Positions 22,507-30,982 of a stretch of DNA of 50,824 nucleotides are shown piece by piece. The stretch comes from an uncultured Oscillospiraceae bacterium (GTDB lineage Bacteria; Bacillota; Clostridia; Christensenellales; Aristaeellaceae). The notes under the pieces were generated by a model. The model made no database searches, was not told the DNA's origin, and worked only from the letters and a program-made list of their open reading frames with translations. The stretch is from NCBI GenBank assembly GCA_964565845.1, contig CAZMGO010000002.1, positions 1-50,824 on the forward strand, read 5' to 3'. The translations under genes were made by a program, and so were the position numbers. How positions within the stretch are numbered: the first letter of the stretch is position 1; every line of letters begins with the position of its first letter.

Positions 22507-23399
22507 TTGCGTCGGTTGTGCCGGTGCGGGTGAAGGAGATGACGGCTGCGCGCTACCTTTCGCGCGCGTGGCCGCTTTTGCCGTCTTATGCCGTTCGTGA
22601 TGCGTTTTCAAAGAAGGACGTGAAGGTGAACGGCATGCGCGCGCTGCCGGATACGCTTGTGCGCGGGGGCGATCGGGTGGAGGTATATCTGCCCGCGAGG
22701 CAGGAGTCTGCGAGACTGAACGTGCTTTTTGAGGATGAACGGCTGCTTGTGTTTTTAAAGCAGGTCGGGCTTCCCGCGGACGTGGATCAGGACGGCATTG
22801 GCGAGGACACCGTGAAAACGCGGCTCGTTCGGCACTGCGCGTCCGCGCGCCCGGTTCATCGGCTGGATACCGGCACGGGCGGCGTGATGCTGGCAGCAAA
22901 GACGGATGAAAGCGAGGATGCGCTGCGCGCCGCCTTTGCCGGACATCGAATCGAGAAGCATTACCGGGCGCTGGCATTGGGTCGGCTTCCGAGAAGGAGC
23001 GACACATTGAAGGCGTATCTTCTCAAGAACGCGAGGGACGCGCGCGCGCGGGTGGTTGACAATCCGCTTCCGGGCGCGCTGCCCATTGAAACGCGGTATG
23101 AGGTGCTGCGAGCGCGAACGGCGGCGGGGCTTGTGGTTTCCGAGCTGGACGTAATGATTCCCACCGGGCGCACGCATCAGATTCGCGCGCACATGAGTCA
23201 TATCGGTCATCCGCTGGTGGGCGATGACAAATACGGCGACCGAAACGCAAACAAAAGGCTTTCGGCGGCAGGCGTATGCCTGTGGTGCCAATCGCTGGAA
23301 ATACGGGATGAGAAGAGCTTTCCGGAGCATGCCGGAAGAAGCTTTTGTGCCGATGCGCCGAGCTGGCGCGTGCGTGCCCTGAATGGAGAAGACGAATGA
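22503..23399 (+). CDS. RluA-family pseudouridine synthase
   Basis: Catalytic HRLDTGTGGVMLAAK. GRTHQIRAH motif. ATGA overlap with the MFS stop. The ORF-track start at 22197 lies inside the MFS gene. Confidence 0.8.
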   Translation: MIASVVPVRVKEMTAARYLSRAWPLLPSYAVRDAFSKKDVKVNGMRALPDTLVRGGDRVEVYLPARQESARLNVLFEDERLLVFLKQVGLPADVDQDGIGEDTVKTRLVRHCASARPVHRLDTGTGGVMLAAKTDESEDALRAAFAGHRIEKHYRALALGRLPRRSDTLKAYLLKNARDARARVVDNPLPGALPIETRYEVLRARTAAGLVVSELDVMIPTGRTHQIRAHMSHIGHPLVGDDKYGDRNANKRLSAAGVCLWCQSLEIRDEKSFPEHAGRSFCADAPSWRVRALNGEDE

Positions 23400-24217
23400 A
23401 CGTAAGATTGATTTGCACGGACATAGACGGTACGCTGTATGGAGACGGGTTTGTTCCGGAAAAGAACGTGCGGGCGCTGCGAGCCTGCGCGGCGCGAGGC
23501 ATTCGCGTGGCGCTGATCAGCGGGCGCAACAACGGGTTTTTGTGCCGTCTGTCAAGGGAAATGGGCGTTCCGTGCGTGATTGCGTCGGCGAACGGCTCAC
23601 GCATTGAGGCTTCGCCGGACGGGCCGTGCGTGCGGGAGTGTACGTTTGACGCGGAGGAGGGCCAAGAGCTCTTTGACAGGCTGTACGCGCTGAACGTGAA
23701 TTTCGAGGTTTACACGCGCGAGGGCAGCTTTGTCGTTCGCGCCGACAGGATGCCCAGCCGTCACAGGGAAGGGCTGCAGCGCAACGTCATGCACAGGGAC
23801 GCCGAGGTAATCTTCGATGAAGAGCGGGCGCGTCTGGATGCAGCGACGCGCGCCTACAAATTTGTGGTGTTTTCCGAATCCGACGAGGAAATTGCGCGCG
23901 TACGCGAGACGCTGGACGCGGCAGGCGTTGAGCACTGCTCGTCCGCCTCAAAAAATGTGGAAATCGTGCCAAGGGAGGCGGGCAAGGGAAACGCCGTGCG
24001 GGCGATTGCGAGCTACTTTGGCGTTGATACCGCCGACGTGATGGTCTTTGGCGACTACACAAACGATTTGCCCATGCTGAAGGCTGCCGGGCATCCGGTG
24101 GCGATGGCGAACGGGGTAGAGGAATTGAAGGAGATTGCCGAGATCGTCGCGCCTGTAAACCGAGACGGCGGGCTGGGCGAGGTGCTGCTTCGCTATGTGC
24201 TGGAGGAAAAGAACTGA
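23396..24217 (+). CDS. Cof-type HAD-IIB phosphatase, copy 1
   Basis: CTDIDGTL (motif I), SGR (motif II) and GDYTNDLPM (motif IV). ATGA overlap with the rluA-like stop. Confidence 0.8.
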   Translation: MNVRLICTDIDGTLYGDGFVPEKNVRALRACAARGIRVALISGRNNGFLCRLSREMGVPCVIASANGSRIEASPDGPCVRECTFDAEEGQELFDRLYALNVNFEVYTREGSFVVRADRMPSRHREGLQRNVMHRDAEVIFDEERARLDAATRAYKFVVFSESDEEIARVRETLDAAGVEHCSSASKNVEIVPREAGKGNAVRAIASYFGVDTADVMVFGDYTNDLPMLKAAGHPVAMANGVEELKEIAEIVAPVNRDGGLGEVLLRYVLEEKN

Positions 24218-24218
24218 C

Positions 24219-25046
24219 ATGAACATACGAATGATCGTTTCCGATATTGACGGGACGCTGATTCCGGGCGGCGGAAGACTCTCGGAATACACAAAGCGCA
24301 CGCTGAGAGCCTGCGAGGAAAAGGGCGTGCGCGTGGTGCTCGCAAGCGGACGCACGTTCTACGGCACGCGCGAGGTAGCGCTTGAGGCCGGGCTGCACGG
24401 CCCCATAATTTCGGCAAACGGCGGGCGCGCGGATGAGTCGCCGGAGGAAGGCGCGATCTTTGAGGACGCGCTGGAGGACGGGGCTTCCCTGCGAATCTAC
24501 CATGCGCTGAGGGAAGCGGGCTGCTTTATGACCAGCTATGTGGGGACGCGGATTTATGCGCTGGATGAAACGAACGGGTTCGGCTCCAAATGCGCAAGCA
24601 CCAGCGAGATTCGAAAGGGCGGCAGCCACGTTATCGTGAACGACGAGGCGCGTTTTTTGCGCGAGGGCACGGTGCATCCGTACAAATATGAAGCCTATTC
24701 CGACGACACGGCGCTGATTGACCGGCTTCGCGGGAAATTTCTCTCGTGGGGGCTTTCGGTATCGAGCGCGTTTCCGTATAATCTGGAGATTCTGGCGCCG
24801 GGCGGCGGAAAGGGCCGAGCGGTAGAGGCGTTGGCGGCGCGCTTTGGCATTGACAGAAGCGAGATCATGGCGTTTGGCGACGGCTCCAACGATCTCACGA
24901 TGCTTAGGGCGGTCGGCTGGCCGGTTGCGATGGCCAACGGCGTGCAGCTGCTGAAGGAGAACGCATGGAAAATCGCGCCGGACTGCCGGGATGACGGCGA
25001 GGCGCGCGTGCTCGAGGAATACGTGCTTGGGGAGAGGACGAAATGA
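24219..25046 (+). CDS. Cof-type HAD-IIB phosphatase, copy 2
   Basis: VSDIDGTL, SGR and GDGSNDLTM motifs. Starts 1 nt after the copy 1 stop. Confidence 0.8.
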   Translation: MNIRMIVSDIDGTLIPGGGRLSEYTKRTLRACEEKGVRVVLASGRTFYGTREVALEAGLHGPIISANGGRADESPEEGAIFEDALEDGASLRIYHALREAGCFMTSYVGTRIYALDETNGFGSKCASTSEIRKGGSHVIVNDEARFLREGTVHPYKYEAYSDDTALIDRLRGKFLSWGLSVSSAFPYNLEILAPGGGKGRAVEALAARFGIDRSEIMAFGDGSNDLTMLRAVGWPVAMANGVQLLKENAWKIAPDCRDDGEARVLEEYVLGERTK

Positions 25047-25561
25047 ACATAGTGCTGGTGGAGCCGGAGATTCCGCAGAATACGGGCAATATCGCGCGAA
25101 CCTGTGCGGCGACCGGCGCAAAGCTGCATTTGATTCGACCGCTGGGCTTCGTGCTGGACGATAAGCATTTGAAGCGCGCCGGGCTTGATTACTGGAATCT
25201 GATGCAGTATGCCGTTTACGAAAACTGGCAAGACTTTCTTTTGAAGAACCCGGGTGCGAACCTGTATTACGCGTCGACAAAGGCGCCGCGCGCGTACACG
25301 GAGGTTTCCTACCAAGCAAACGATTATCTGGTATTCGGCAGGGAAACGCGCGGGCTGGACGAGGCGCTTTTGCAGGAAAACTACGCGCGCTGCGTGCGCA
25401 TTCCGATGCGGGCGGAGGCGCGCAGCCTGAATTTGGCAAATTCCGTGGCGATTGTGCTGTATGAAGCGCTTCGGCAGCAGGATTTCCCCGGCTTATGCGA
25501 ATCCGGCCGGCTGCACAGCCTGCCTACGCCGGAGGAGAAGGAATGGAAGGATTATCTGTAA
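25043..25561 (+). CDS. trmL: tRNA (cytidine/uridine-2'-O)-methyltransferase TrmL (SpoU/TrmH family)
   Basis: N-terminus [39 protein letters not shown] knot motif. ATGA overlap with the previous gene. Confidence 0.85.
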   Translation: MNIVLVEPEIPQNTGNIARTCAATGAKLHLIRPLGFVLDDKHLKRAGLDYWNLMQYAVYENWQDFLLKNPGANLYYASTKAPRAYTEVSYQANDYLVFGRETRGLDEALLQENYARCVRIPMRAEARSLNLANSVAIVLYEALRQQDFPGLCESGRLHSLPTPEEKEWKDYL

Positions 25562-25590
25562 TTGCAAAGTTCGCGCGGATATGATACAAT
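25562..25590 (+). promoter_or_regulatory. Sigma-A promoter (TTGCAA - 17 nt - TGaTACAAT)
   Basis: TTGCAA at 25562-25567. TG at 25582-25583. TACAAT at 25585-25590. It begins immediately after the trmL stop. Confidence 0.55.
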
Positions 25591-25625
25591 ACTGCCAACG
25601 AAGCCGACGAAGGGGATGAACGGGC

Positions 25626-25844
25626 ATGGCAAAGGTAATCACAAAAAGGGAGTATCGCAGGCGCAGAATTCGCTTTCAGGTTGCGGCAGGGCTGTATGAT
25701 TTCATGGTGACCATGCTGGCGTTTGTCGTCATCGTGTTCTGCGTGTATCTGCTCATTGCACTGTATCGCTGGGCTGCCGAGGATATTCCTGTTACGTTTA
25801 AGGTGTTCTTTGACATCATTGAAAAAGCGCTGCGCGTGAGCTGA
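25626..25844 (+). CDS. Small membrane protein (72 aa), unknown function
   Basis: Basic N-terminus ([10 protein letters not shown]) followed by one long hydrophobic segment ([25 protein letters not shown]). GAAGGGGA RBS upstream. Own promoter. Confidence 0.5.
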   Translation: MAKVITKREYRRRRIRFQVAAGLYDFMVTMLAFVVIVFCVYLLIALYRWAAEDIPVTFKVFFDIIEKALRVS

Positions 25845-25857
25845 GGAGGGGAACGGC

Positions 25858-26436
25858 GTGCGGACATCATGGAAGGAGCTATACGACGAAATCAACGGGT
25901 GCGAAAGGTGCCGCCTGTGCGAAAAGCGCACGCACGTGGTGCCCGGCGAGGGAAACCCGAACGCCAGCCTGATGTTCATCGGCGAGGGGCCGGGACGCGA
26001 CGAGGACGAGCAGGGACGACCGTTTGTGGGCGTCAGCGGGCAGCTGCTGGATCGGATGATTCACGCCATCGGCATGGAGCGCACGGAGGTATATATCGCC
26101 AACGTTGTCAAATGCCGTCCGCCGATGAACCGCAATCCGGAGCCGGACGAAGCGGCTGCGTGTTTGCCCTATCTGCGCTCGCAGTTTGTGCTGGTTTCGC
26201 CGAAGGTGATCGTGCTTCTGGGCAAGGTAGCGTGCCGCTATGTGCTGGGTGAGGAAGCGCCCATCTCCCGCATGCGCGGACACTGGATTGAGCGCAAGGG
26301 CATTTGGTTCATGCCTACATACCATCCCAGTGCGCTTTTGCGCGAGCCAGCGAAGAAGCGTGAGGCATGGGAGGATTTCAAAATGGTCAGGGATAAGCTT
26401 GCGGAGGTAGGCGGCATTGGAAAAGTTCAGGACTGA
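25858..26436 (+). CDS. Family 4 uracil-DNA glycosylase (4Fe-4S type)
   Basis: [33 protein letters not shown] and HPSALLR motifs. GTG 25858 follows GAGGAGGGG. Confidence 0.85.
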   Translation: MRTSWKELYDEINGCERCRLCEKRTHVVPGEGNPNASLMFIGEGPGRDEDEQGRPFVGVSGQLLDRMIHAIGMERTEVYIANVVKCRPPMNRNPEPDEAAACLPYLRSQFVLVSPKVIVLLGKVACRYVLGEEAPISRMRGHWIERKGIWFMPTYHPSALLREPAKKREAWEDFKMVRDKLAEVGGIGKVQD

Positions 26437-26992
26437 AATGGCAGGGCATTTTACGGAAATCTACGAAGGAAACGCGCGCTCGCTGGTGTTTGGCGAGGGC
26501 TCGTTTCATAGTAGGCTGATGATGATTGGCGAAGCGCCCGGCGAGCAGGAAACGCTGATGGGGCGGCCGTTTGTCGGTAAGGCCGGAAAAAATCTGAATG
26601 AATTTCTGGAAATGAGCGGGCTGAAGCGAGAGGAAATCTATATCACAAACACGGTGAAGTTCCGTCCCACGAAGCGCTCCGACGCGGGACGGATCGTAAA
26701 TCGGACGCCGTCGAGGGAGGAAATCGCGCTGTTTCTTCCGTGGCTGAAGAGAGAGATCGCGCTGGTCGCGCCCGAATGCATCGCCACGCTGGGCAATGTG
26801 CCGCTGAAGGCGCTGGCGGGCGATAAGGCCGTGATCGGCGACGTGCACGGGCAGTTTCTGGAATTCGAGGGACGCACGCTGTATCCGCTGTATCATCCGG
26901 CAAGTCTGATTTACAATCCGTCTCTGCGCACGGTGTATGCGGAGGACGTAAAGCGGCTGGGCGCGTGGCTGAGGAACCGGGAAAATGAATGA
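26417..26992 (+). CDS. UDG-superfamily protein, family-4-like but lacking the Fe-S cysteines
   Basis: GEAPGEQE..GRPFVGKAG and HPASLIYN motifs. VKFRPT replaces VKCRPP, and there is no N-terminal CxxC. The start is TTG 26417 (GGAGG 9 nt upstream, 20-nt overlap with the previous gene) or ATG 26438. Confidence 0.7.
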   Translation: MEKFRTEMAGHFTEIYEGNARSLVFGEGSFHSRLMMIGEAPGEQETLMGRPFVGKAGKNLNEFLEMSGLKREEIYITNTVKFRPTKRSDAGRIVNRTPSREEIALFLPWLKREIALVAPECIATLGNVPLKALAGDKAVIGDVHGQFLEFEGRTLYPLYHPASLIYNPSLRTVYAEDVKRLGAWLRNRENE

Positions 26993-27998
26993 GGTTCTCG
27001 TTTCGAAGCGTCCAAACGGACGCTTTGCTGCATTTTCGGCAGCATGCGGATATACGCGGGCGGAGCGCGCGTTTCTACGAAGCCATGCGTTTTCCCCGCG
27101 AAATCCGCTCTATGCCAACGGGCCGATGCGGTTTGTGACGGTGAACGGACGAAAAGGCGTTCGCGCGCGCATTCTTACCGGCGTTGATCGCGTGTATGAA
27201 GCGCAGACGGGATATAGACGGGGGTATTTTGCCCTGTTCAATTCCGCTGGCGACGAGGAAGCACTGCGGGCGGCGCTGGAGGAAGCCTGCCGTCTTCAGC
27301 GTGAGTGGGAAAATGTGGAGATGATAGGCCCATTATCGCCGGACGGGAGCGGCTTTTTCTGCGGTGTAGGCACGGCGAGTGCGGATGAAGCGCCGTTTGG
27401 ACGAATGTCCCGCGGCGTATTGACCGGCGCGTGTAATCCCGTGGCGGAGCGCGTGCTTCTTCGGATGGGCGCGCGGGCAGAGGCGGCGGATACGGCGTAT
27501 TGCATCCGCGTACCGGAGGAGAACGCGCTGAGGGAGCCTGCGGCGCGAGCCGCGCGCCGATTCGGGCTGCGCGTGGAGCCGCTAAGGGCCGCGCTGCTTC
27601 GCGAAGCATGGATGCGGCGAATTCTGGAGCTGTCCGGGAGCCGGGAGAAAAACGAGGCAGCCAAGCTGCTTGCGTGCCTGAGACCGCTGGTAGACGGGAG
27701 GCATTCGTTTGCCGCGTGCGCGGGCGAGGAGGTACGGGGCTATTTGCTGGCACTCCGCGAGCGAGGGGGCTGCCTTCGGTTTACCACGCTGCTCACGAAG
27801 CCGGGCGCGTTTTCCGCGCCGGTCGCCGCAGTGCTTCTGAGTGCAGCGGTGGATTCCTGCATCGAAAGTGGAGAGAAGTGGGCGGAGGCATCGGTCATCC
27901 GAGAGGACAATCCGCGCTCCCGCGCGCTGGCGGAGCGCTTCAAAGCGCATCCTGTACGCCGTTACACTCAATATATCATAAATGTAGCAATAAATTAA
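26985..27998 (+). CDS. Hypothetical protein, possibly a GNAT-fold family of unknown function
   Basis: The pattern GYFALF..(acidic)..IGPLSPDGSGFFCGVG and the C-terminal ASVIREDNPRSRALAERF resemble long GNAT-like proteins. This assignment is weak. 8-nt overlap with the upstream UDG-like gene. Confidence 0.45.
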   Translation: MNEVLVSKRPNGRFAAFSAACGYTRAERAFLRSHAFSPRNPLYANGPMRFVTVNGRKGVRARILTGVDRVYEAQTGYRRGYFALFNSAGDEEALRAALEEACRLQREWENVEMIGPLSPDGSGFFCGVGTASADEAPFGRMSRGVLTGACNPVAERVLLRMGARAEAADTAYCIRVPEENALREPAARAARRFGLRVEPLRAALLREAWMRRILELSGSREKNEAAKLLACLRPLVDGRHSFAACAGEEVRGYLLALRERGGCLRFTTLLTKPGAFSAPVAAVLLSAAVDSCIESGEKWAEASVIREDNPRSRALAERFKAHPVRRYTQYIINVAIN

Positions 27999-28002
27999 CG
28001 TG

Positions 28003-28039
28003 AAAATGAGCGTCAGGGGGTTTTCATGGCGCTCATTTT
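28003..28039. terminator. Bidirectional stem-loop between convergent genes
   Basis: AAAATGAGCG ... CGCTCATTTT forms a 10-bp perfect stem with A/T runs on both sides. Confidence 0.6.
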
Positions 28040-28081
28040 GTGTATGATAGTACTTGCGTTTTCGAAGCGGGAAACGAGCCG

Positions 28082-28546
28082 TTATCGGGCGAAAATCTGG
28101 GATACGTATACGAATCCCTGCGCCGTTATAGCTACGCCCACGCCCATGCGCGTCCACTGGCTGCCGAGCAGTGTCTGCCGGTGTCCGGTGGAGGAGGAAA
28201 GGAACTGCGCCTGCGCGTGGGTTACGTCGCGCGAACGCGCAATGTTCTCGGAGGCGTATGAGTACGATACGCCGAAGGTGGTGAGCATCTGACGAATGTC
28301 GCCGTAGGTAGGCGACGTGTGTGCAAAGTAGCCGCCGGACAGCATGTCCTGCGCCTTAATTCGTGCGACGGAGCACAGGGCAGGGTCGACGGTCAGGGCG
28401 CTCAGCCCGTAGCGGGCGCGGTCTTCATTTACCAGACGGATGAGGGTCTGCTCGGCAGACTCCGCCGTCTCTGCCCACGCAGGGAAGCAGGAGAACAGAA
28501 GCAGAACGGCTAAGGCAAGAACGATGGGTTTGGAAAAACGGGTCAT
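28082..28546 (-). CDS. Secreted CAP/SCP-domain protein (YkwD-like)
   Basis: Signal peptide MTRFSKPIVLALAVLLLFSCFPAWA. CAP-domain motifs (NEDRARYGL.., YFAHTSP, GENIA). AGGAG RBS. Confidence 0.75.
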   Translation of the reverse strand: MTRFSKPIVLALAVLLLFSCFPAWAETAESAEQTLIRLVNEDRARYGLSALTVDPALCSVARIKAQDMLSGGYFAHTSPTYGDIRQMLTTFGVSYSYASENIARSRDVTHAQAQFLSSSTGHRQTLLGSQWTRMGVGVAITAQGFVYVSQIFAR

Positions 28547-28677
28547 GAGAGAGTCGCTCCTTTCGTATACCGGAATGGCTCTATCATATCGCAGGAACGC
28601 GCGGGTGTAAACGATTTTACCGGTGCGCTTCCATGGGAATATTCACCGTATGGTTTGAATAAACGGGAGGGATTGCT

Positions 28678-29061
28678 ATGAAACTGATTAAGTGCCCCAG
28701 GTGTGAACTGAATTACATCATGGAAAACGAGAGGATCTGCTCCGTGTGCAAGCGCGACGTTAAGGGCGAGGTCGAACAGGACGATCTGGTCGAGCTCTGC
28801 TCCGAATGCGGCGAGCATCCGGCGATGCCGGGACAGGAAATCTGCATTTACTGCTTCAAGGAAATGCAGCGGCGCAGCGAGGCATCCTCGACCGACGACA
28901 GCAGCGGCATGGCGCCGGAGGAAACCAGCCTCAGCATTGACCCCGTCAGTACGATGGACGAAATCGACATCGAGCTGCCCGATTCGTCGGAATCCCCGTT
29001 TGGCGACGAAAAGTTTGACGACGAGGATGATGAGGATAAGGAAGACGAAGAGGAGGAGTAG
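28678..29061 (+). CDS. Double zinc-ribbon protein with a strongly acidic C-terminal tail, unknown function
   Basis: Four CxxC pairs (CPRC..CSVC, CSEC..CIYC) in the first 60 aa, then an S/D/E-rich tail ending DDEDDEDKEDEEEE. GGGAGGG RBS. Confidence 0.6.
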   Translation: MKLIKCPRCELNYIMENERICSVCKRDVKGEVEQDDLVELCSECGEHPAMPGQEICIYCFKEMQRRSEASSTDDSSGMAPEETSLSIDPVSTMDEIDIELPDSSESPFGDEKFDDEDDEDKEDEEEE

Positions 29062-29064
29062 CCG

Positions 29065-29766
29065 GTGACCGTATACGCAATCGCCGATCTGCATTTGCCT
29101 GCCGGGGCCAACAAGCCCATGGACATCTTTGGTGCGCACTGGGAACGTCACTTTGAGCGCATCAGCGAGGATTGGCGCGCGCGTGTAACGGAGGAGGACG
29201 TGGTTCTTTTACCGGGAGACATAAGCTGGGCCATGCGCCTTGAGGATGCCTGCATGGATCTGGATGCCATTGGCCGTCTGCCGGGCATCAAAATTCTGAC
29301 CCGGGGCAACCACGATTACTGGTGGAGCTCCATTAGCCGCGTGCGCGAGAGGCTGACCGGGAACACCCATGCGCTTCAGAACGACGCGATGATGCTGGGC
29401 GGACTGCTGTTTGCGGGAACGCGCGGCTGGATGCTGCCGGAAAGGGATGCGGCGGACGACGATCGGCGTATCTTCGCGCGGGAATGCCAAAGGCTCGATA
29501 TGTCGCTGGAACGGGCGCGTCGGCTGAATGCGTCCGCGCCGTTGATCTGTATGCTCCACTATCCACCACTGACGGACGGCAATCGCGACAACGAAATGAC
29601 GCGCATACTGAAGAAGTATGACGTACATACCGTCGTATATGGGCATCTGCATGGCGCGGCGATTGGCAGCGCCTTTCAGGGGGAGCAGAATGGCATTCGC
29701 TACCGTCTGGTTTCCTGCGATTCGCTTGGCTTCCGGCTCTGTCCCATCTGGCAAAACGAAAAATAG
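29065..29766 (+). CDS. Metallophosphoesterase (calcineurin-like)
   Basis: IADLHL, GDISW, GNHDYWW, HYPP and GHLHG motifs. GTG 29065 lies 6-7 nt after GAGGAGGAG and 3 nt after the upstream stop. Confidence 0.75.
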   Translation: MTVYAIADLHLPAGANKPMDIFGAHWERHFERISEDWRARVTEEDVVLLPGDISWAMRLEDACMDLDAIGRLPGIKILTRGNHDYWWSSISRVRERLTGNTHALQNDAMMLGGLLFAGTRGWMLPERDAADDDRRIFARECQRLDMSLERARRLNASAPLICMLHYPPLTDGNRDNEMTRILKKYDVHTVVYGHLHGAAIGSAFQGEQNGIRYRLVSCDSLGFRLCPIWQNEK

Positions 29767-29789
29767 TCTTATATTGAACCGAATTTGAG

Positions 29790-29820
29790 CGCTTTTCCGT
29801 GAAACGGGAGGGCGTTTTTT
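29790..29820 (+). terminator. Intrinsic terminator after the metallophosphoesterase gene
   Basis: CGCTTTTCCG-tgaaa-CGGGAGGGCG (including G:U pairs) followed by TTTTTT (29815-29820). Confidence 0.6.
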
Positions 29821-29888
29821 ATGTTTCGATGAAGCTGCGCACAAAAGTACACACGCAACAACAATTTAACACGAATAAATTGGCGTTT

Positions 29889-29942
29889 GAGTGGGAAATT
29901 TCGTCAAGAAGAGTGGCATTCTGTCGAGCAAAGTGGTATAAT
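29889..29942 (+). promoter_or_regulatory. dcw promoter (extended -10 TGgTATAAT) with three GTGG-type direct repeats (candidate MraZ boxes)
   Basis: GAGTGGG (29889-29895), GAGTGGC (29911-29917) and AAGTGGT (29931-29937). The last repeat overlaps TGgTATAAT (29934-29942). Confidence 0.5.
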
Positions 29943-29994
29943 AAGGAGGAAATAGGAGCAACGCACAGCCGCGAGAGGGGGTGGGAGCTTGAGC

Positions 29995-30468
29995 ATGGAG
30001 TCATTTACCGGAAGCGCGGTGCATACCATCGATCCAAAGGGCCGAGTGTTCATCCCCACCAATTATCGCGAAGCGCTGGGAAGCGATTTTACCATCGCGC
30101 TGAACAACGACCTGCGGACGATTGCCATGTATCCGCGGGAAATCTGGCGCGAAAAATGCGAGGGCTATGGTCGGATTCCCGATGCGGATCGAGTAGGCCG
30201 CAATTTCGTTCGCTACGTCATGGGAAACACCTTCACCGGATGCAATCTGGACGGGCAGGGGCGAATCCTGATTCCCCAGACGCTTCGCGCCATGTTTGGG
30301 CTGATGGAGCAAAAGGACATTCGCTTTATCGGCGTGGGCGAGTATCTGGAGCTATGGAATATCGAGCAGTACCATGGTCTCACGATGACGCCGAACGACG
30401 AGGCAGACCGCATTCTTGACTATATTTACGACACGTATTTTAAGACGCCGGCCGGGCACGAAGCGTAG
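29995..30468 (+). CDS. mraZ: Transcriptional regulator MraZ
   Basis: Two SpoVT/AbrB-like repeats with IDPKGRVFIP and LDGQGRILIP. ATG 29995 lies 7 nt after GGGAG. The TTG at 29989 is an alternative start. Confidence 0.88.
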   Translation: MESFTGSAVHTIDPKGRVFIPTNYREALGSDFTIALNNDLRTIAMYPREIWREKCEGYGRIPDADRVGRNFVRYVMGNTFTGCNLDGQGRILIPQTLRAMFGLMEQKDIRFIGVGEYLELWNIEQYHGLTMTPNDEADRILDYIYDTYFKTPAGHEA

Positions 30469-30487
30469 GCGGCAGGGAGGATAGAGC

Positions 30488-30958
30488 ATGATGAATCGCG
30501 AAACGACGCAGCGCAGAATTTCCGGGTATGCCGACCAGCCGTATCATTGGCAGGATCGCTCGGAGTGCAGGCAGGACAGGCGCCCCGCGTACGAGCCGCG
30601 CGAGAGCCGGGAGGCGCAGTATAAGCGGCATTTGAACTATCGAAACATCGCGGTAATGTATGCAACGCTCATTCTCGTGGTTGCGGTGCTGGTTATGGAG
30701 ATTTACAAGATAAGCGAAATCAACAGCCAGCGCAAGCAGATTAATGCCATTTACGAGGAGAACAAGACGCTCACCGCAGAGATTGAGGGACTTGAGGTGG
30801 AATTGTGCATGGAAACGCGCCCCTCGATCATAAAACAAAAGGCGAGCACAATTGGCATGGTAACGCCTGCGGAGAACGAGGTATGCGTACTCCGGACGGT
30901 TGTCAGAAGAACGACGGATACGGCTCAGACGGCGGAGAATGTGACGCGCGCCCGTTAA
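30488..30958 (+). CDS. ftsL: FtsL-like cell-division protein (single TM plus coiled coil)
   Basis: Position directly upstream of the PBP gene. One TM segment (IAVMYATLILVVAVLVMEIY) followed by a heptad-like region (QINAIYEENKTLTAEIEGLEVEL). No catalytic motifs. Confidence 0.6.
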   Translation: MMNRETTQRRISGYADQPYHWQDRSECRQDRRPAYEPRESREAQYKRHLNYRNIAVMYATLILVVAVLVMEIYKISEINSQRKQINAIYEENKTLTAEIEGLEVELCMETRPSIIKQKASTIGMVTPAENEVCVLRTVVRRTTDTAQTAENVTRAR

Positions 30959-30982
30959 TCCAAGTTCGACAAGCGGGGAGGG

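Noticed and set aside
29799-30419. A 206-aa ORF spanning the mraZ upstream region and most of mraZ in another frame.
   Set aside because: It overlaps the terminator, the promoter and the well-supported mraZ frame. Its composition is Arg/Ser/His-rich and it has no RBS.
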